From Camelus ferus (lineage: Eukaryota): a DNA stretch of 64,000 nt. The notes beneath the pieces are model-generated. The model did not search any database. It saw only the letters and a program-made list of their open reading frames with translations, and had not been told where the DNA came from. The translations under genes were made by a program, and so were the position numbers. Location: NCBI RefSeq assembly GCF_009834535.1, contig NC_045697.1, positions 45,386,001 through 45,450,000 on the forward strand, given 5' to 3'. This document shows, piece by piece, positions 12,493 to 25,426 of the stretch. Within the stretch, counting starts at the first letter, position 1; each line of letters starts with the position of its first letter.

Positions 12493-14159
12493 AAGACCAG
12501 TATTTTTAGAACCATTTAAATGGCTTTCTCCATATATGATCACTTTAACATGCTTCCATGCTGGGTAGATTATAATGGTTAGATAGGCAAAGGATTTATT
12601 TCTCAAATGCATATCAAATGCATAATAAATCTTATAGTGGAATTCAACAAATTATTTTTTAGATATAGAGGCAAGAAATTATCTGAACAGGGCTTATGGT
12701 TATTGAGTGCCCTGTCAAATTCTGAACTGCCCCAACTCTTTGAGTTTTAGGGAAAAAAGTTAAGCTGGCTTGCCCAGATAGAATGGTAATCTGGGATGAG
12801 CTGTGGCCTTTTATTTTGCACTATAGGTCCTGGCAATGTAATGCTTTTATGACTTTTGTTTCTTTGAGGCCTTACATATGGAGCAGAAGTTGCCTGTCCA
12901 AAGAAATTAATAAATGTGTATTATTCTATTCATAGTGTATAAAAGATTGTTTTCTATATTTTGATTCTTTAAACATGCCAGTTTCATAATTATTGGTGTA
13001 TTATTTGCCATATACATCTTTGTAGACATCCTTAAAATTATAGTCATTCACAAGCAATTCTATCCAAGAAGTGAATTATAGTCTTAATTTAGCCAAGCCT
13101 TCAAATTTTAGGGACAGGTGACCCAGAGCAACGTTCCCGTCTTTCAAGTTTTCTGTTGGCCATTTCACTTCTATTTTAGTAACACGAGAGTATTCTGGCG
13201 AGAGAATGATCATTCCCTCTGGTCATTAAGTCAACCACTATTTATGGAACCTCCTAGGAAAAGGATGAGAAACTCATGTCAACCCATCTGGTTGCTTGCC
13301 AATAACTCTGATGAAAGGCTTGAGGAGAGAAGGGTTTGAACAGAAGTCAGCATCAATACAGCCATTAAAGTCAGGGCTATAGCACACATGGAAATGAAAA
13401 TTGGGTGGTTTCTCAGTTGAACTGATTACGGTGTTATCTAAGAATTGAATTGTGTGATTTAACTGAGCAAATTAGTTTGTTACTTTAAAATCTCTGTTTT
13501 ATGAAATATAGCATGAATAACAAAAGGTAAAATCATATTTAGCTTAAATTTTTGGTATTCCATATAACTGTTCAGTATTGCAAGTCCCATGAGCCATAAC
13601 CAACTAGAAAGGAAACTTGAAATGCATAAGATCTACAATATCAACTCAACAGTACAACTAAGTGGTTTCAATGGAATAGAATTTAGTTGTAATGATTAAA
13701 AATTAAATTGTGTATCTAATCTATAAAATTCAGAGCCAAGACAGAATTTATTTCTTACTAGAATATAAGTTCTAACAGAATAAATATTGTCTCTGTTTTG
13801 TCTACACTATCTCTCTGGCACCTGGACTAGTTCCTGGTACAACATAAGTATTCAGATCAGATCTGTTGAATGAATGAGTGGACAGCGATGACCCAGAACT
13901 ACTTAGTGGTGATTTGGAGAAAGGAAAGACTAATTCTTGAAGGGGAAGAGAAATGACCCCACCATATTCTTCCATTAAGAATATAGGTCTTTTTGCATAT
14001 GATTTTGGTTAGGTAAGGTTTTATTTATTTGAAGAGAAAGGAGAAGCAAATTGCTGGGGCAAAAGAATTGTGAGGAAGTTGCCTCAAGTTCTGCCTCTTC
14101 CTTCCCCCAACCTTTGTTTAAAGATTAGTGTCAAGGACTCCTCTTCCTTTTCCTTTTTA

Positions 14160-15262
14160 TGACTTTAATTTTTAGAGAGGTTTTAGGTTTACAACAAAAT
14201 TGATAGAGAGGAACAGAGATTTCCCATACACCCTCTGCCCCCAACACATTCATAGCCTCTCCTGTTGTCAACTTCACTCACCAGTATGGTACTTTTTTTT
14301 TTTTTTAATCAAGGATGAGCCTACATTGATACATCATAACCACTCAAAGTCCATACTTGGTGTTGAACACTCTATAGTTAGGATAAATGCATAATAACAT
14401 GTATCCATCACTATAGTATCATGAAGAGTATTTTCACTGCCCTAAAAATCCTCTATGCTCTGCCTATTCATCACCCACCCCTCACCCTTGGCAACCACTA
14501 ATCTTTTTATTTTCTCCATAATTTTCCCTTTTCTATATGTTGTATAGTTGGAATCAGACAGTATTTAGCCTTTTCAGATTGGCTTCTTTCACTTAGTAAT
14601 ATGCTCAGCTTAAGTTTCCTCCATGTCTTTTCCTGGGTTAATATCTCATTTCTTTTTAGCACTGAATAATATTTCATTGTCTGGATGTACCACAGTTTAT
14701 TTATCCACTTACCCAGTGAAGGACATCTTGGTCATTACCAGGTTTTGGCAATTATGCATAAAGCTACTATAAACATCTGTGTGCAGGTTTTTGTGTAGAC
14801 CTAAGTTTTCAGCTCCTTTGGGTAATACTAAGGGGCACAATTGCTGGATTGTATGGTAAGAGTATGTTTAATTTTGTAAGAAACCACCAAACTGTGTTCC
14901 AAATTGTCTATGCCATTTTGCATTCCCACCAGAGATAAAGAGTTCCTGTTGCTCCACATCCTCTCCACCATGTGGTGTTGTTAGTGCTCCAGGTTTTGGC
15001 CATTCTAACAGGTGTTGGTATCTCATTGGTGTTTTAATTTGCATTTCCCTAATGATATATGACATGGAGCATCTTTTCATGTTTTTTCTTTGGTCAGTGC
15101 TAAAGTCTTTGGTCCATTTTTTTCATTGGGTTGTTTTCTTATTAATGAACTTTAAGAGTTCTTTGTATATTTGGTAGAACAGTCCTTTATCAGATGTATC
15201 TTTTAGGAAAATGTTTCTCTCAGTCTCTGGCTTGTCTTTTATTTCTCTTGGTATTATTTTTC
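14160..15262 (-). mobile_element. L1 3' end and ORF2 C-terminus (L1MC-like)
   Basis: ttttaggtttacaacaaaattg...agagatttcccatacaccc; gccttttcagattggcttctttcacttag; minus ORF 14868..15080 MKRCSMSYIIREMQIKTPMRY is typical of the L1 ORF2 C-terminus. Confidence 0.9.
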
Positions 15263-15574
15263 TCAAGCGCTCTTCTTAGTGACTTCCTGTATTAATTCGT
15301 TGCAGTGATTGAGGGATTAGTCAACAAGCAAGGCATGGTGAAGTAACTTCCCCAAGGTCACACATCCAGGCAGGCTGACTCCAGGGTCAGGGCACTTCTC
15401 AGTTATGACAAGTTAGTCCTTCCGCCAGTGTGGACACCTCTTCTGTGTTTTCAAGACATGCAGTGATTGCTGTGTTCCTTGTACAAGAGAAATAGTTTAA
15501 TGTGCTACATTTTTCATGAGGTAGAATGAATTTTAAGTAAAACACTTGCTTCAGGAAAAGAACTATGTAACAAT

Positions 15575-15800
15575 GATAATGTTAACAATAGCTAACATTT
15601 ACATGGCATTTACTATCGCTAGCCATTGTTCTATGATCGGTTTCTATAGTAACTTATTTACTTCTCACAACTGTATGAAATAATTATTATTAATATTATC
15701 CCCATTATTGACGAGGAACCCAGGCAGAGTGGGTAGCTCAAGACGAATCAGCTAACAGTGAGTAAGTGGCAGAGCTGGCTTCAGTCTGCCCTCTTAACCT
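15575..15800 (-). mobile_element. MIR SINE remnant
   Basis: aatagctaacattta...attatccccattattgacgaggaacccaggcagag...gtaagtggcagagctgg. Confidence 0.7.
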
Positions 15801-15928
15801 GCTTTCCTATAATGAGAATCATATCTTACGTCTATGTTTTGTGTACTTTCTGATTGTTTTATTTTTTTAAATTTATGGAATCTAGGTGGATTTTGATTAT
15901 TTGTGTTTTCTTGCATCCTTCTTGATAG

Positions 15929-16042
15929 AGGGTCGACTGGAGGTGTTCCAAGGGGAGAAATTGCTATCATCCATCCCTATGTGGACCACGTTTGGGGAAC
16001 TAGCCATTTTATACAACTGTACAAGGACCGCCTCTGTGAAAG
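15929..16042 (+). CDS. PRKG2: PRKG2 coding exon 3 (114 nt): EGRLEVFQGEKLLSSIPMWTTFGELAILYNCTRTASVK; CNB-A phosphate-binding cassette
   Basis: FGELAILYNCTRTAS cyclic-nucleotide cassette visible in ORF 15886..16071; acceptor cttgatag, donor G|gtaaca; phase 1-1. Confidence 0.97.
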
Positions 16043-16567
16043 GTAACAGGAGAGGGAATGCTGTATATTAAATAATTATTACACAATGGTAAAGATAATC
16101 TGTCATTATTGCATCCTGAGTCTTCTTATCTCCCGTTGTGCCCCATATTCTCTTATTAATAGAAATATTATGCTTATAAAAGGATTTATATTGAAGCACT
16201 TGTCTAAATGATTCAAGCTCTAAAAACCTGTCCATCGGATACCTGTATATAAAATATGATTATGGCTTTAAACAGAACTGATTCCAATGTTTGCTTTAGT
16301 TGCCACTTCACTTTTTCACTATGTAGACATTTGCCTTTGGCTCATCTAGAATGTTTGCTTTCTCTTCTCCATGAGGTTCTGACCATATTATAAGCCAGAA
16401 ACATTAATTAAACCAATGAAAATGTATAAATATCAAAAAGGATATGAATTAATTAATGAGAGTTCTCATGAGTGACTTTTGGGATTACTTCCATTGCTTC
16501 TCCTTAGGGTTCTTATTTTTATTGACTTTATTCATGGTAGTATTAGGTTTTCTTCTGAATTACTTAG

Positions 16568-16890
16568 ATGTGGTGTTTCTCAAGGTTTGGGACCAGGTTA
16601 TGTGTGTTAGCACTGTTGCCGTATTTGATAAAAATGCAGATTCTGAGGCTCCACTCCAAACAATCTCTGACAGTGGGGCCAAGGGATTTCTATTTTTAAC
16701 AAGAACGTCAAAATAGAGTATGAAAATGAATATATATATATTCACGTATCACTGAAGAATTGTGCTGTACACCAGAAATTGACACAACATTGTAAACTGA
16801 TTATACCTCAATTAAAAAAATTAATAAATACAGAAATAAAAATAAAGAATGTCAAAATAATTCTAATTCACTTTAAAGTTTAGTAGACCA
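16568..16890. mobile_element. MER5-type hAT element interrupted by an L1 stub
   Basis: gtgtttctcaagg...aaaaatgcagattctgagg...gtggggcc...tttttaacaag, resuming after the insert as attctaattcactttaaagtttag. Confidence 0.65.
16716..16844 (+). mobile_element. 5'-truncated young L1 (129 nt) with 15-bp target-site duplication
   Basis: L1 tail tgtgctgtacaccagaaattgacacaacattgtaaactg plus A-rich tail; TSD aagaacgtcaaaata (16701-16715) / aagaatgtcaaaata (16845-16859). Confidence 0.9.
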
Positions 16891-17618
16891 GAGATTTGGG
16901 TTTTGATGTACTTTTTCAGTTCTCATCACTCCTTTAAAAGAATATATTTCTACCATAATTTCATGTAGACTTTTTAGAGCTGCTACTTCTGCTCCTCTTT
17001 CTTTGTAGATTTTATTCTTGCTTTTAATGTCTTTCCTATGAAGAGGTTTTCTCAAAAACTGTCTTGCATAATCTCTTTGAAAATGATTTTATATATTTTA
17101 AGTAAAAGTAACCATAGAGATTCTTAAAATATATTGGCTCTCATTAGCAACAATGTCTAAACAACATAAAAAGGCATAAAAACATACTCACATACAGAGA
17201 TCTTTAGCTTTCAGTTATCTAGGTATGAATTCTTTACTCTCTGAATTGACTGCAGGCTGGCTGGCTTTCTCTTGTATTGCATTGTATCACAGCACAAATC
17301 TAAAATACATCCTGATGATGCAGTGTATAATTAGGATTTGCAAACTAATTTTAATATCATCCCAAGCAAAACATAATTAGAAAGGAAATCTTTTGCTGCT
17401 CACTTCCAATCATGGCTTATTTCAAAGCCAAAAATGATTTTATAAAGTTGCTTACTCTTTACATCACTACTTCCTTCCATTTGCATGCTTAAATAATTCA
17501 TTTTCCAAGATCTATCATTTTATGAGAGTATATGAAAAACTTATTGATGAACATTTTGGAATGTTTTCTTAATGGAAGAGCTAAACAATATTTTATTATT
17601 TTCTTGACTTTTCTAAAG

Positions 17619-17724
17619 CTATTACCAATGTTAAAACATGGGCACTAGATCGAGAGGTGTTCCAGAATATAATGAGAAGGACAGCTCAAGCTCGAGATGA
17701 ACAGTACAGAAACTTCCTCAGAAG
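17619..17724 (+). CDS. PRKG2: PRKG2 coding exon 4 (106 nt): AITNVKTWALDREVFQNIMRRTAQARDEQYRNFLR(S)
   Basis: Acceptor ttttctaaag, donor AG|gtaaga; frame continuous with neighbouring exons. Confidence 0.97.
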
Positions 17725-20114
17725 GTAAGAAAAACACATTGGCAGCGGAAAGAGCAGAAGATGGGGTAGCCAGATTGTGGGGATGTTGGTTTTATCCAAG
17801 TAATTTTTTTTTACTATAGCTTTTCTTATTTAAGCATTTTTCACATGATTCAACCAAAGGAGCAAAAGTATTCTCTTGCAGTATATGCTGCTGATATTAA
17901 ATTATTAGCTTTGTTCACTGATTTATTTCTCTTGCTAATTTTGCCCTTCTATTGATGGAGTCATTGTATATAGTATAGAAAAATGTGCAAAAAATATCCT
18001 AAAACATTCACTTGGGTTTCTCAGTCGACTTTGAAATATGTCCTATAATTTAGAAGTAGATAGCAAAAGACAATCTTTCTCATATTGCTTTGCTTAGAAT
18101 AATATTAAAATTAATTTCTTTTACTATCCTTATTCATTTTCTTTACCTGAAACATTTCCCTCATTTACATAGCCACACCATCTTCCAGATTACTATTACT
18201 TATAGCAGACTAACTTGCCCAAAATGTTATTATGCTTGCCATGATAACATGGATCCTTGGAATATACACATCTTGTCAACTGTTCTGAACCCCCAACAAC
18301 TTGGACACATCAAGTTAAAGAGAAACAAATACCTATGTAACTGAAAAAGTCAGCTACGCGTTAAAAATTTTGTTTGGAAAGTTCCTCATTCAAACTATTT
18401 CTGTGTGCTTTATGGGAGGTTTGACAGTCTCTGAAGCTGCAGTACATCTTGTAATGAAATGTAACCGATGATAAGTGGTAGTAATACTAACATGTTCTGT
18501 GGTTCTCCAAAATAAAGTCTTAGGTCTTTTTAAGTATAGTGGTTTTTATCGTGCATAACTAGCCTGCCTAGCCAATGATTTTAGGGCTGTGCAGTGCCTA
18601 GCATATAGTGAGGACTTGATGAATATTGAATGAAGGCATTGTTAGTCAGTAGAACATTGCAGGCGTTAAGATTTCTTGTATGAACGCTTGCTGATCTAGT
18701 CTCCCGGACACAGTCAGAGCTTCTGGCAGAGAGCTGCTATAATGGCAAGCAGGTGCCTTGCCTATAGGCCAGACAGTGCCTTAGCATCATATTGTGGGGT
18801 CTACCTAAGTATAGGTAATCTCAAAAAAAGTTATAAAACATAATAACAAAATAAGCGCCATCATTCTAAGGAGTAGGAAGTCAGCCATGTTTTTGGAGCT
18901 CTCATTTGCACCCCCATGTCATTTCTTAGCCTTCCTTGGGGTATCCCCTCTCCTTGGAGTAATCTCTGTTCTGAGGTTCAGTGATCATACCCTTGGTATT
19001 CTTTATTATTTTGCCTATAGCTTCATTTAGCCTATTGTTGAGCTTTACAAAATAGGTGTCATTTTTGCAACTCAGCTTTTTTCCCACTCTTTTTTAAGAT
19101 TCATTTATTTGGCTAATTTAGTCATTTCTCCTCTTGTAGAGTTCTCTTAAGTGACTCGACCACAGTGCATTTATCTGCTCTCCCATTGGTGGTGTTTCAG
19201 TGTTTTGCAGTTACAAACAATTCTTATACACTGGCTCCTGGCTCCATGCCTCCTGGTGCACGTGAGCAAGTGTCAGTCTAGAGCTCTCTTTTCAGAACTC
19301 AGACCTGATCATGTGTTTTTGGAGGAGCATCATTTTTTCCTTAGGGGTATCAAATTTGAAATGGTAAGAAAGAAGTATTCATCTTATAGAAATTCTATCA
19401 ACAGTCCTGTGTGAAAAATGGGTAAAATAGAAGAGAAATTGCTTTAAAAGAATAATTGAATCACATTGATTGGTTAATCATATTGAGTGGAATTTCTGGG
19501 GGTTTTTTCAAATAAAAGTTTCAGTATTCTATTTCATTCTCTGTGTATTATTATCTGTAAAAATGTTCCGATTACATGCCTCCGGCTACCATTCACTTTA
19601 TAAGACAGTACAATATGACTAATAATCAAAGATCATTTCCATGCTGATTCCTACCTTCCCTCCTAGATTCAGTCTTTACTTAATTATAAGGATTTAGATG
19701 AAAATCTGATCCTCCTCTGGAAGGAGGGAGCTCCTTATGCATGTTAATAAAAGAGATATTGAGATGTGGAGAGAAGCACATTTCTGCATGTGATTCACTT
19801 TGAAAACCAACAACCAATGTAAAATGTTTTTTTCCCAAAGAGGCAAAATTTCATTTTTTTCTTTTTATAGTATCTTACTAATTTTATTTATTTGCCTATA
19901 ATAAATGTCTGTGATTAAATATAATTATATAATTTAAATGTATTTGAAATTCAGTTATTTATGGGTAATATATTTGGCGGTTTACTTTGGAACAATTAAA
20001 GGGCATTGTGTCTTTTTAAATGCATGCAAAGGTGTTTGAATCTACATATAGGTGTGCATTTCTAGTTTAATTCAGGAAGAGAATTAAATAAAGGTTTCTT
20101 TTAAAATTTTGTAG

Positions 20115-20178
20115 TGTATCCTTGCTGAAGAATTTACCTGAAGATAAATTAACCAAGATCATTGACTGCTTGGAAGTG
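20115..20178 (+). CDS. PRKG2: PRKG2 coding exon 5 (64 nt): (S)VSLLKNLPEDKLTKIIDCLEV
   Basis: Acceptor ttttgtag, donor GTG|gtaaga; phase 2-0. Confidence 0.96.
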
Positions 20179-22579
20179 GTAAGAAATCTTAAAGTTAAAA
20201 AATGCATTTCATTAAAAGATTGCATAATCTAGTCATTATTAGCACTGCACATTAAAAAGAAGGAAAAGATGGTGATCGCTAGTTCATGGAGACCAGGAAC
20301 CTTTTACTATTGTGAAAACCCTTAGGTCAGCTCACACTGAATTAAGGGGGCTGGGGTGGGATTAGGGCACTCTTCTGAAATATATAAAGGAAAATTGGAT
20401 TTGCATGTGTAAAGTGACATTTGACTTACGTATTTTAATCTTTTTCAGTGTATTTGAGAAAACCAATCTGCCTCACTCAAGAGGCATTTGATTTTCTGCA
20501 ATTAACATCACAGTCCCTTAAAGAGCTCATAGTATGAAGGAGGTAGTGATGCCTAATTAGGTAATGGAGAAGAGAAAGGGTATACTGGGGCTTTTGTGAT
20601 AGTCTCCTGAATCAGGCTATGAGACACTCCATACTTGAAAACTCCAGGCTATGAAAAGACATTAATAAAAAACAAAACAAAAAAATCCCCCTGCGCTTAA
20701 GAAGCACTGTACCTATTTTAACATCTCGGGAAAAACAGCATATTGGAATGTGTTCAAATACTCATGTTAAGCATCACGCAGATGGTTGGTTCTAGTCCAA
20801 GACTAGTCAAGTCTTTTCGTGAATAATGCTTTTATGACATGTACCTTGGATTCTAATAATATGCAGTATGTGAGAACCTCTTCAGAGATTAATATTAAAA
20901 GTTAACCTCGCTCTAACTTTTTTGGAGAGTTAATTTCATTGAAAGCAAAATGGCTTTTGGGGAATTTAAAGGAGGTATGGAATAGTAAAGGAGTCGCATG
21001 TAGACTTTAAGCTTTTATAAAGCTGTTCTCAGTGGGAGACAAGACTAATTGTTGACAGATTCATGCTTCTGTCAATCACAATATACAGTGTAAACTAATA
21101 TCTGTTGAGAAGGGAGTACTGACCATTTTATCCTTAAGTGTAAGTGACACCAGTAATGTTTCCATTTACAATTCATGGAGCCCATCCAGCAGTTTATCAA
21201 GGACAGGCCATGATGACACAGTGCCTGGCCTTGTGTCCCCAGAGCTTTCAGATATGAAGTCATTTTCAAGAGGGCTGCTTGCCCTGCACCTCTCGGGATT
21301 TTCTCAGTGTAACATAACCCAATCACAGATGTTACAAATTAATAATTCATTCTAATTTCTGAGTATTTTTTTTAAAGCTGTAGAGGCCCTATATTTTTTT
21401 GTTAACTGAGGAAATCTGTTTTTAATATAATACTAATAGAGTAGGTTCACCAGAGGGGAATTCCATGCTGACAGCAAATATTAAAATTTAGTGTCATTAA
21501 AAATAAATGGTAAATTAGACATATTTATAGCAGCCGCAGGCAACAGCTATAGAATATGTAGATGGGGGCTCAAACCTAGTATTAATTAACACACAATTTG
21601 AGTTTGAAAGTCTCATCTTTTAAAACCAGCCTAGAAAGGCTTTATTACATATTAGCATTTGCAGACAGCAGCACAGTATATAAAGGGCTCTTTATTCATA
21701 CCTGGCAAACAAACGTGTCTCTGTAATGTGTGAAAATTCTCAAATTCGAAAGTGATTAACAAGGGAGTAGTGGGATCTATTTAGCGCTAAGAAAAGCACA
21801 TAAATTGCCAGCAGAGGTTGGACTAATGACCCATCACCAGGGTCCTGACAACAGCCAATCACTAATGCATCAGAGTTATGACAGAGCACCCGCTGAGTTC
21901 CAGGACCAGCTGTCCCACAAACTGTCTCTATAATCTTTGAGAAAACAGACTGAGTCTGGTGTGCTATTTAGGAGTTGATTGGGGGTGGTTTTTAATTTTT
22001 GTGCAGGAGACGGGGAAGGGGGATCAGAATTTCCCATCACCAAGCAGTTGATCTGATGTGTCTGTTAAGACTTCATCTGTTGCACTCATAGACCAAATAG
22101 CCAGAATGTGCAGTGTTTCAATAGCATTTCTTGCTTCAGCTTAAATCACCCAGAGCATTCAGATCTAGAGGCAGACATCGCCTTTCAACCTCTTCTTGTG
22201 TTCTAATGGGAAAAGGAGAGTGGGAGTGGTATCAGCATATTCACTAGTGTGCCCTAAGAGTTAACTAATGACCATCGTAAAACATAATACGGATTCAGAA
22301 TGCTGTGTAACTACTGATGATAATGAAAACGATCATGTGACCTCCACACCTGGCAGTTGTGCAGTACGGAAGACCAGAGTGGAAGGAGTTTCTGTTTCCA
22401 CTTGTGGTGATTGATCCAGGAAGCATGGGATTTGACTGTGTGGCTGACTGAAAAGTCACCTAACTCTCTGTTACAGAGATTTGGTATTTGACCCTCTGCC
22501 CTGCGACTCCTGTGTGGCATCTTTCATGAACCTGGAGGCGTAGCGGGAACGGGCTGGGGGTGGGGAGTGTGGCAGGTCC

Positions 22580-22740
22580 TCCTTGGTCAGATCATTAGCG
22601 GTGCTGCTTAAAAGGCAGATTCCCAGGTCCGACCTCACAGTTTTACTGGATCAGAAACTGGGATAGGGACCCAGAAATCCACATTTTATCATTTTAGCTA
22701 TACAATTCTTTGGCTTATTAAAGTTTGAGAAGCACTATTT
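22580..22740. mobile_element. MER5-type hAT element
   Basis: gcttaaaaggcagattcccagg...ctggatcagaaactgggatagggacccagaaatc...aaagtttgagaagcact. Confidence 0.7.
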
Positions 22741-23427
22741 AAAGTTATGAACAGAACACACATAGGTTAGGGTTTGCCATATTCTACCTTTTCATTCATG
22801 GATTTCTTATTTTTTTTTTTTAATCATTTGTTAAAAGTCTCTAGTCCTCCTTTCTTATAGTTCTTGCTAACACTTGCAAAAGTCAGAGGGGTTTTCTCAC
22901 TGTAATGATTACATCCAGAACCATACAAAGTTGAGATAATTGTGGATTTTGCCAGTTTATGGACCAGTTAGTTAAAGGTGGGGCAACGAGGTGTTGTAGA
23001 AAGTTAGCTAGTCCAAAGTCTGGTGATTAGGTTTTATGGTCAAACCCCTGTTCCTAGCAGCTGTCAGTTAATTGTGGTGGGCATCAGGGTCTTCGCAACT
23101 GTAAAATAAGGGAGTGCTGGGTGGGTCCCATCTCTACGGGCTCTTTCAAGTGTTTCAATTACAGAATTCCACACAGTTGGCTCACCTTAAAAGGAATTTC
23201 TGTTGGTTTTCATTCTGTAGACTTTGGTTCCTTAGAAATAAGCAATCAGGTACTACTATGTTTTGCCTGAATGGTTGATAGGGTCCACTGATGTACGTGT
23301 GTTTGCTTTAAAGTTTCTAAAATGTTTTAACTATCATACTTGGAGAAACAAAACATAGTTGGTAACAGACCCAAATAACTGTATGCAATTTTTTAAACAA
23401 TCAACTTAGGTATATAGTCACATGATG

Positions 23428-23431
<4 letters not shown>

Positions 23432-23473
<42 letters not shown>
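23432..23473. repeat. (GT)21 microsatellite
   Basis: Perfect dinucleotide run. Confidence 0.97.
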
Positions 23474-23476
<3 letters not shown>

Positions 23477-23839
23477 GTGTGTGTATCATACAGCTGATTG
23501 TGTATCATCAATACTTCTTTGCAATGAAGATTTCAAACCACACAGTAAAGACTCCAAGGAGGTTATAGGCTTGCTTCTTTGATTTGCCCTCCATCGCCTT
23601 GGATTTTATTTCTGGTTTTGTATATTCTATTACAGGCACTGAGGCTCTAGCATTTTGCTAGCTAGCACAGAATGAGCAGTTCTTTACATGAAAAACTCTT
23701 TCCATCTTTCGCTGTTGCTATTTGTGTAGTTTTCTTCTGATCTCTGCCTTTCAGTCTGCCGTGGAATTGATTTCCTGATTTTCCCTTCTTGCCATACACT
23801 AAGTAACCACTCTCGGTGTTTCTAAATATCATCTTTTAA

Positions 23840-24058
23840 AACAACTTTTTCAGACTGTGGATCACAACTCATTACTGGGTCATGAAATCAATTTAGAGGA
23901 ACACTTTTTTAAAAAATCAGAGTACTGATCATAAGTATTGTTTAAATATGATTCAGTTTTATATAAATATGTGTGTGTACACTTGCATGTAGGTATTTGG
24001 GTGTACATGTAAAATGTATTCCTTACTGAATTCAGAGTAAAAACTGCTTGAAAACCGC
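23840..24058. mobile_element. Non-autonomous hAT-Charlie-like DNA element
   Basis: ttttcagactgtggatcacaactcattactgggtcatgaaatcaatttag ... cttgaaaaccgc; family not assigned. Confidence 0.5.
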
Positions 24059-24799
24059 CACCCCACAGGATAGGGTCTATGGCTTCTTGGTCCTCTAAGG
24101 GACCCCTTTGCAATGTAACACAGGACAGTAAACCACACTGTTTGCATGTCTCTTTTTGGTCTTGGTGACCACCCTGGCTAGACTGGCTGCTCTCCCCAGT
24201 TGACAAACACTGGCCAGTCTAGCATCGTAGCCAGTACTTACCACTATATATTTTTGGTCTGACCTACATCCATGGCCTTTTCTGATCTATGAAGTTACTG
24301 TCAACACACTGGGAGGTATTATTTATCTTCCTCCCATGGTTTTGGGTGACAAAGACTAATCCCTGGGAAAAACACCACTAGGAAGGTTGCCCCTTAAGAA
24401 ACAGCAAAGCCCTTTCTCAGTGTTGCCTTTCCAGCTTCTCCTTTTTAACTTATCTGACTGGCAGGAGTTAAAGCTGCCCCTCTGTGAAGACCAGAGACTT
24501 TATAATAGCTGAAGAACAGCCCACCAGCACTTCAGGAATTCTCTAGATTCCTTCTGTTCCAAGTGGGTGATGGGGACTGAAATTAAGATGGGAACAGATC
24601 CAAGAGCAGACTGTCTGAAACAGGGAAGTCTCACATGACCCCGGCAGTTTTAGTAAAGAGAACTGAATGTTAGCTCTATGATGAAGAGCCCTGAACCGTG
24701 GTGTCATGGTCATCTCGATGGTAAAGTGAGCTTGTGTGTATGTAGTGAAGGCTTGTGACAGAGCTATAATGAGAAGGAGTAGAGTGCTGGAGTAAGCAG

Positions 24800-25190
24800 A
24801 CTGTGATGGAAAAAACTCAAAATGTTATTTTCCGAGTGGAATAAAAGTGTGTTTCTTGCTCACGTAACAGTCCAGGGAGGCTAGGCCTGGTTAGCTACAT
24901 AGAATTATTCAGGAACCCAAGCTGATGGCTACTCTGCCATCTTCAATACTGTCCCACTCCCAAAATCTCTCAGGGCCATGCCATTACAGTTTGGGGAAAT
25001 GTATGAAGACACAGCCTTGGACCAGTGCATAGGCCTGGCATGGGCAGGACATACATTGCTTCTGCTCAGACTCATGTAGCTAAAAGTTAATCACATGGCC
25101 ACAGTGAACAGCAGGGAGGCTGGGGGATGCAGTTTACCTGGATGGCTGTGTATTACTGTGGAAGACTTTGATGACCAGCTCACAGCCTCT
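24800..25190 (-). mobile_element. Old MaLR LTR (MLT1I/J-like)
   Basis: tttcttgctcacgtaacagtcc, tcaggaacccaagctgatgg, tcacatggccaca...gcagggaggctggggga. Confidence 0.65.
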
Positions 25191-25426
25191 TTCACAGAAA
25201 TTAACAGTCACCAGGTGACTGTCTCACCTAGTCCTCAAACATCACTAGGTATGGTAGATCATACCATCTTAATTTTACAGAAAAGGAAACTGAGGTTCAG
25301 TATATTGAAATAACAGCTAAGCAAACCATTCTCATCTTCCTCCTTAACATGGTGATCATTATTGAGTATTTACCATGGTTCAGGGGCTTTCAGTTCTCCA
25401 AAAACCGTTGTCTTTAATTAGCTTAT

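Noticed and set aside
9630..17800. Similar 30-mers ccagattgtggg(g)atgttg.tttt at about 9630 and 17770
   Set aside because: Short and resembling antisense L2 remnants; shared repeat origin or chance is sufficient
20116..20123. GTATCCTT, the U12-type 5' splice consensus
   Set aside because: It lies at the start of coding exon 5 and is explained by the Val-Ser-Leu codons; all introns here have ordinary U2-type GT-AG ends
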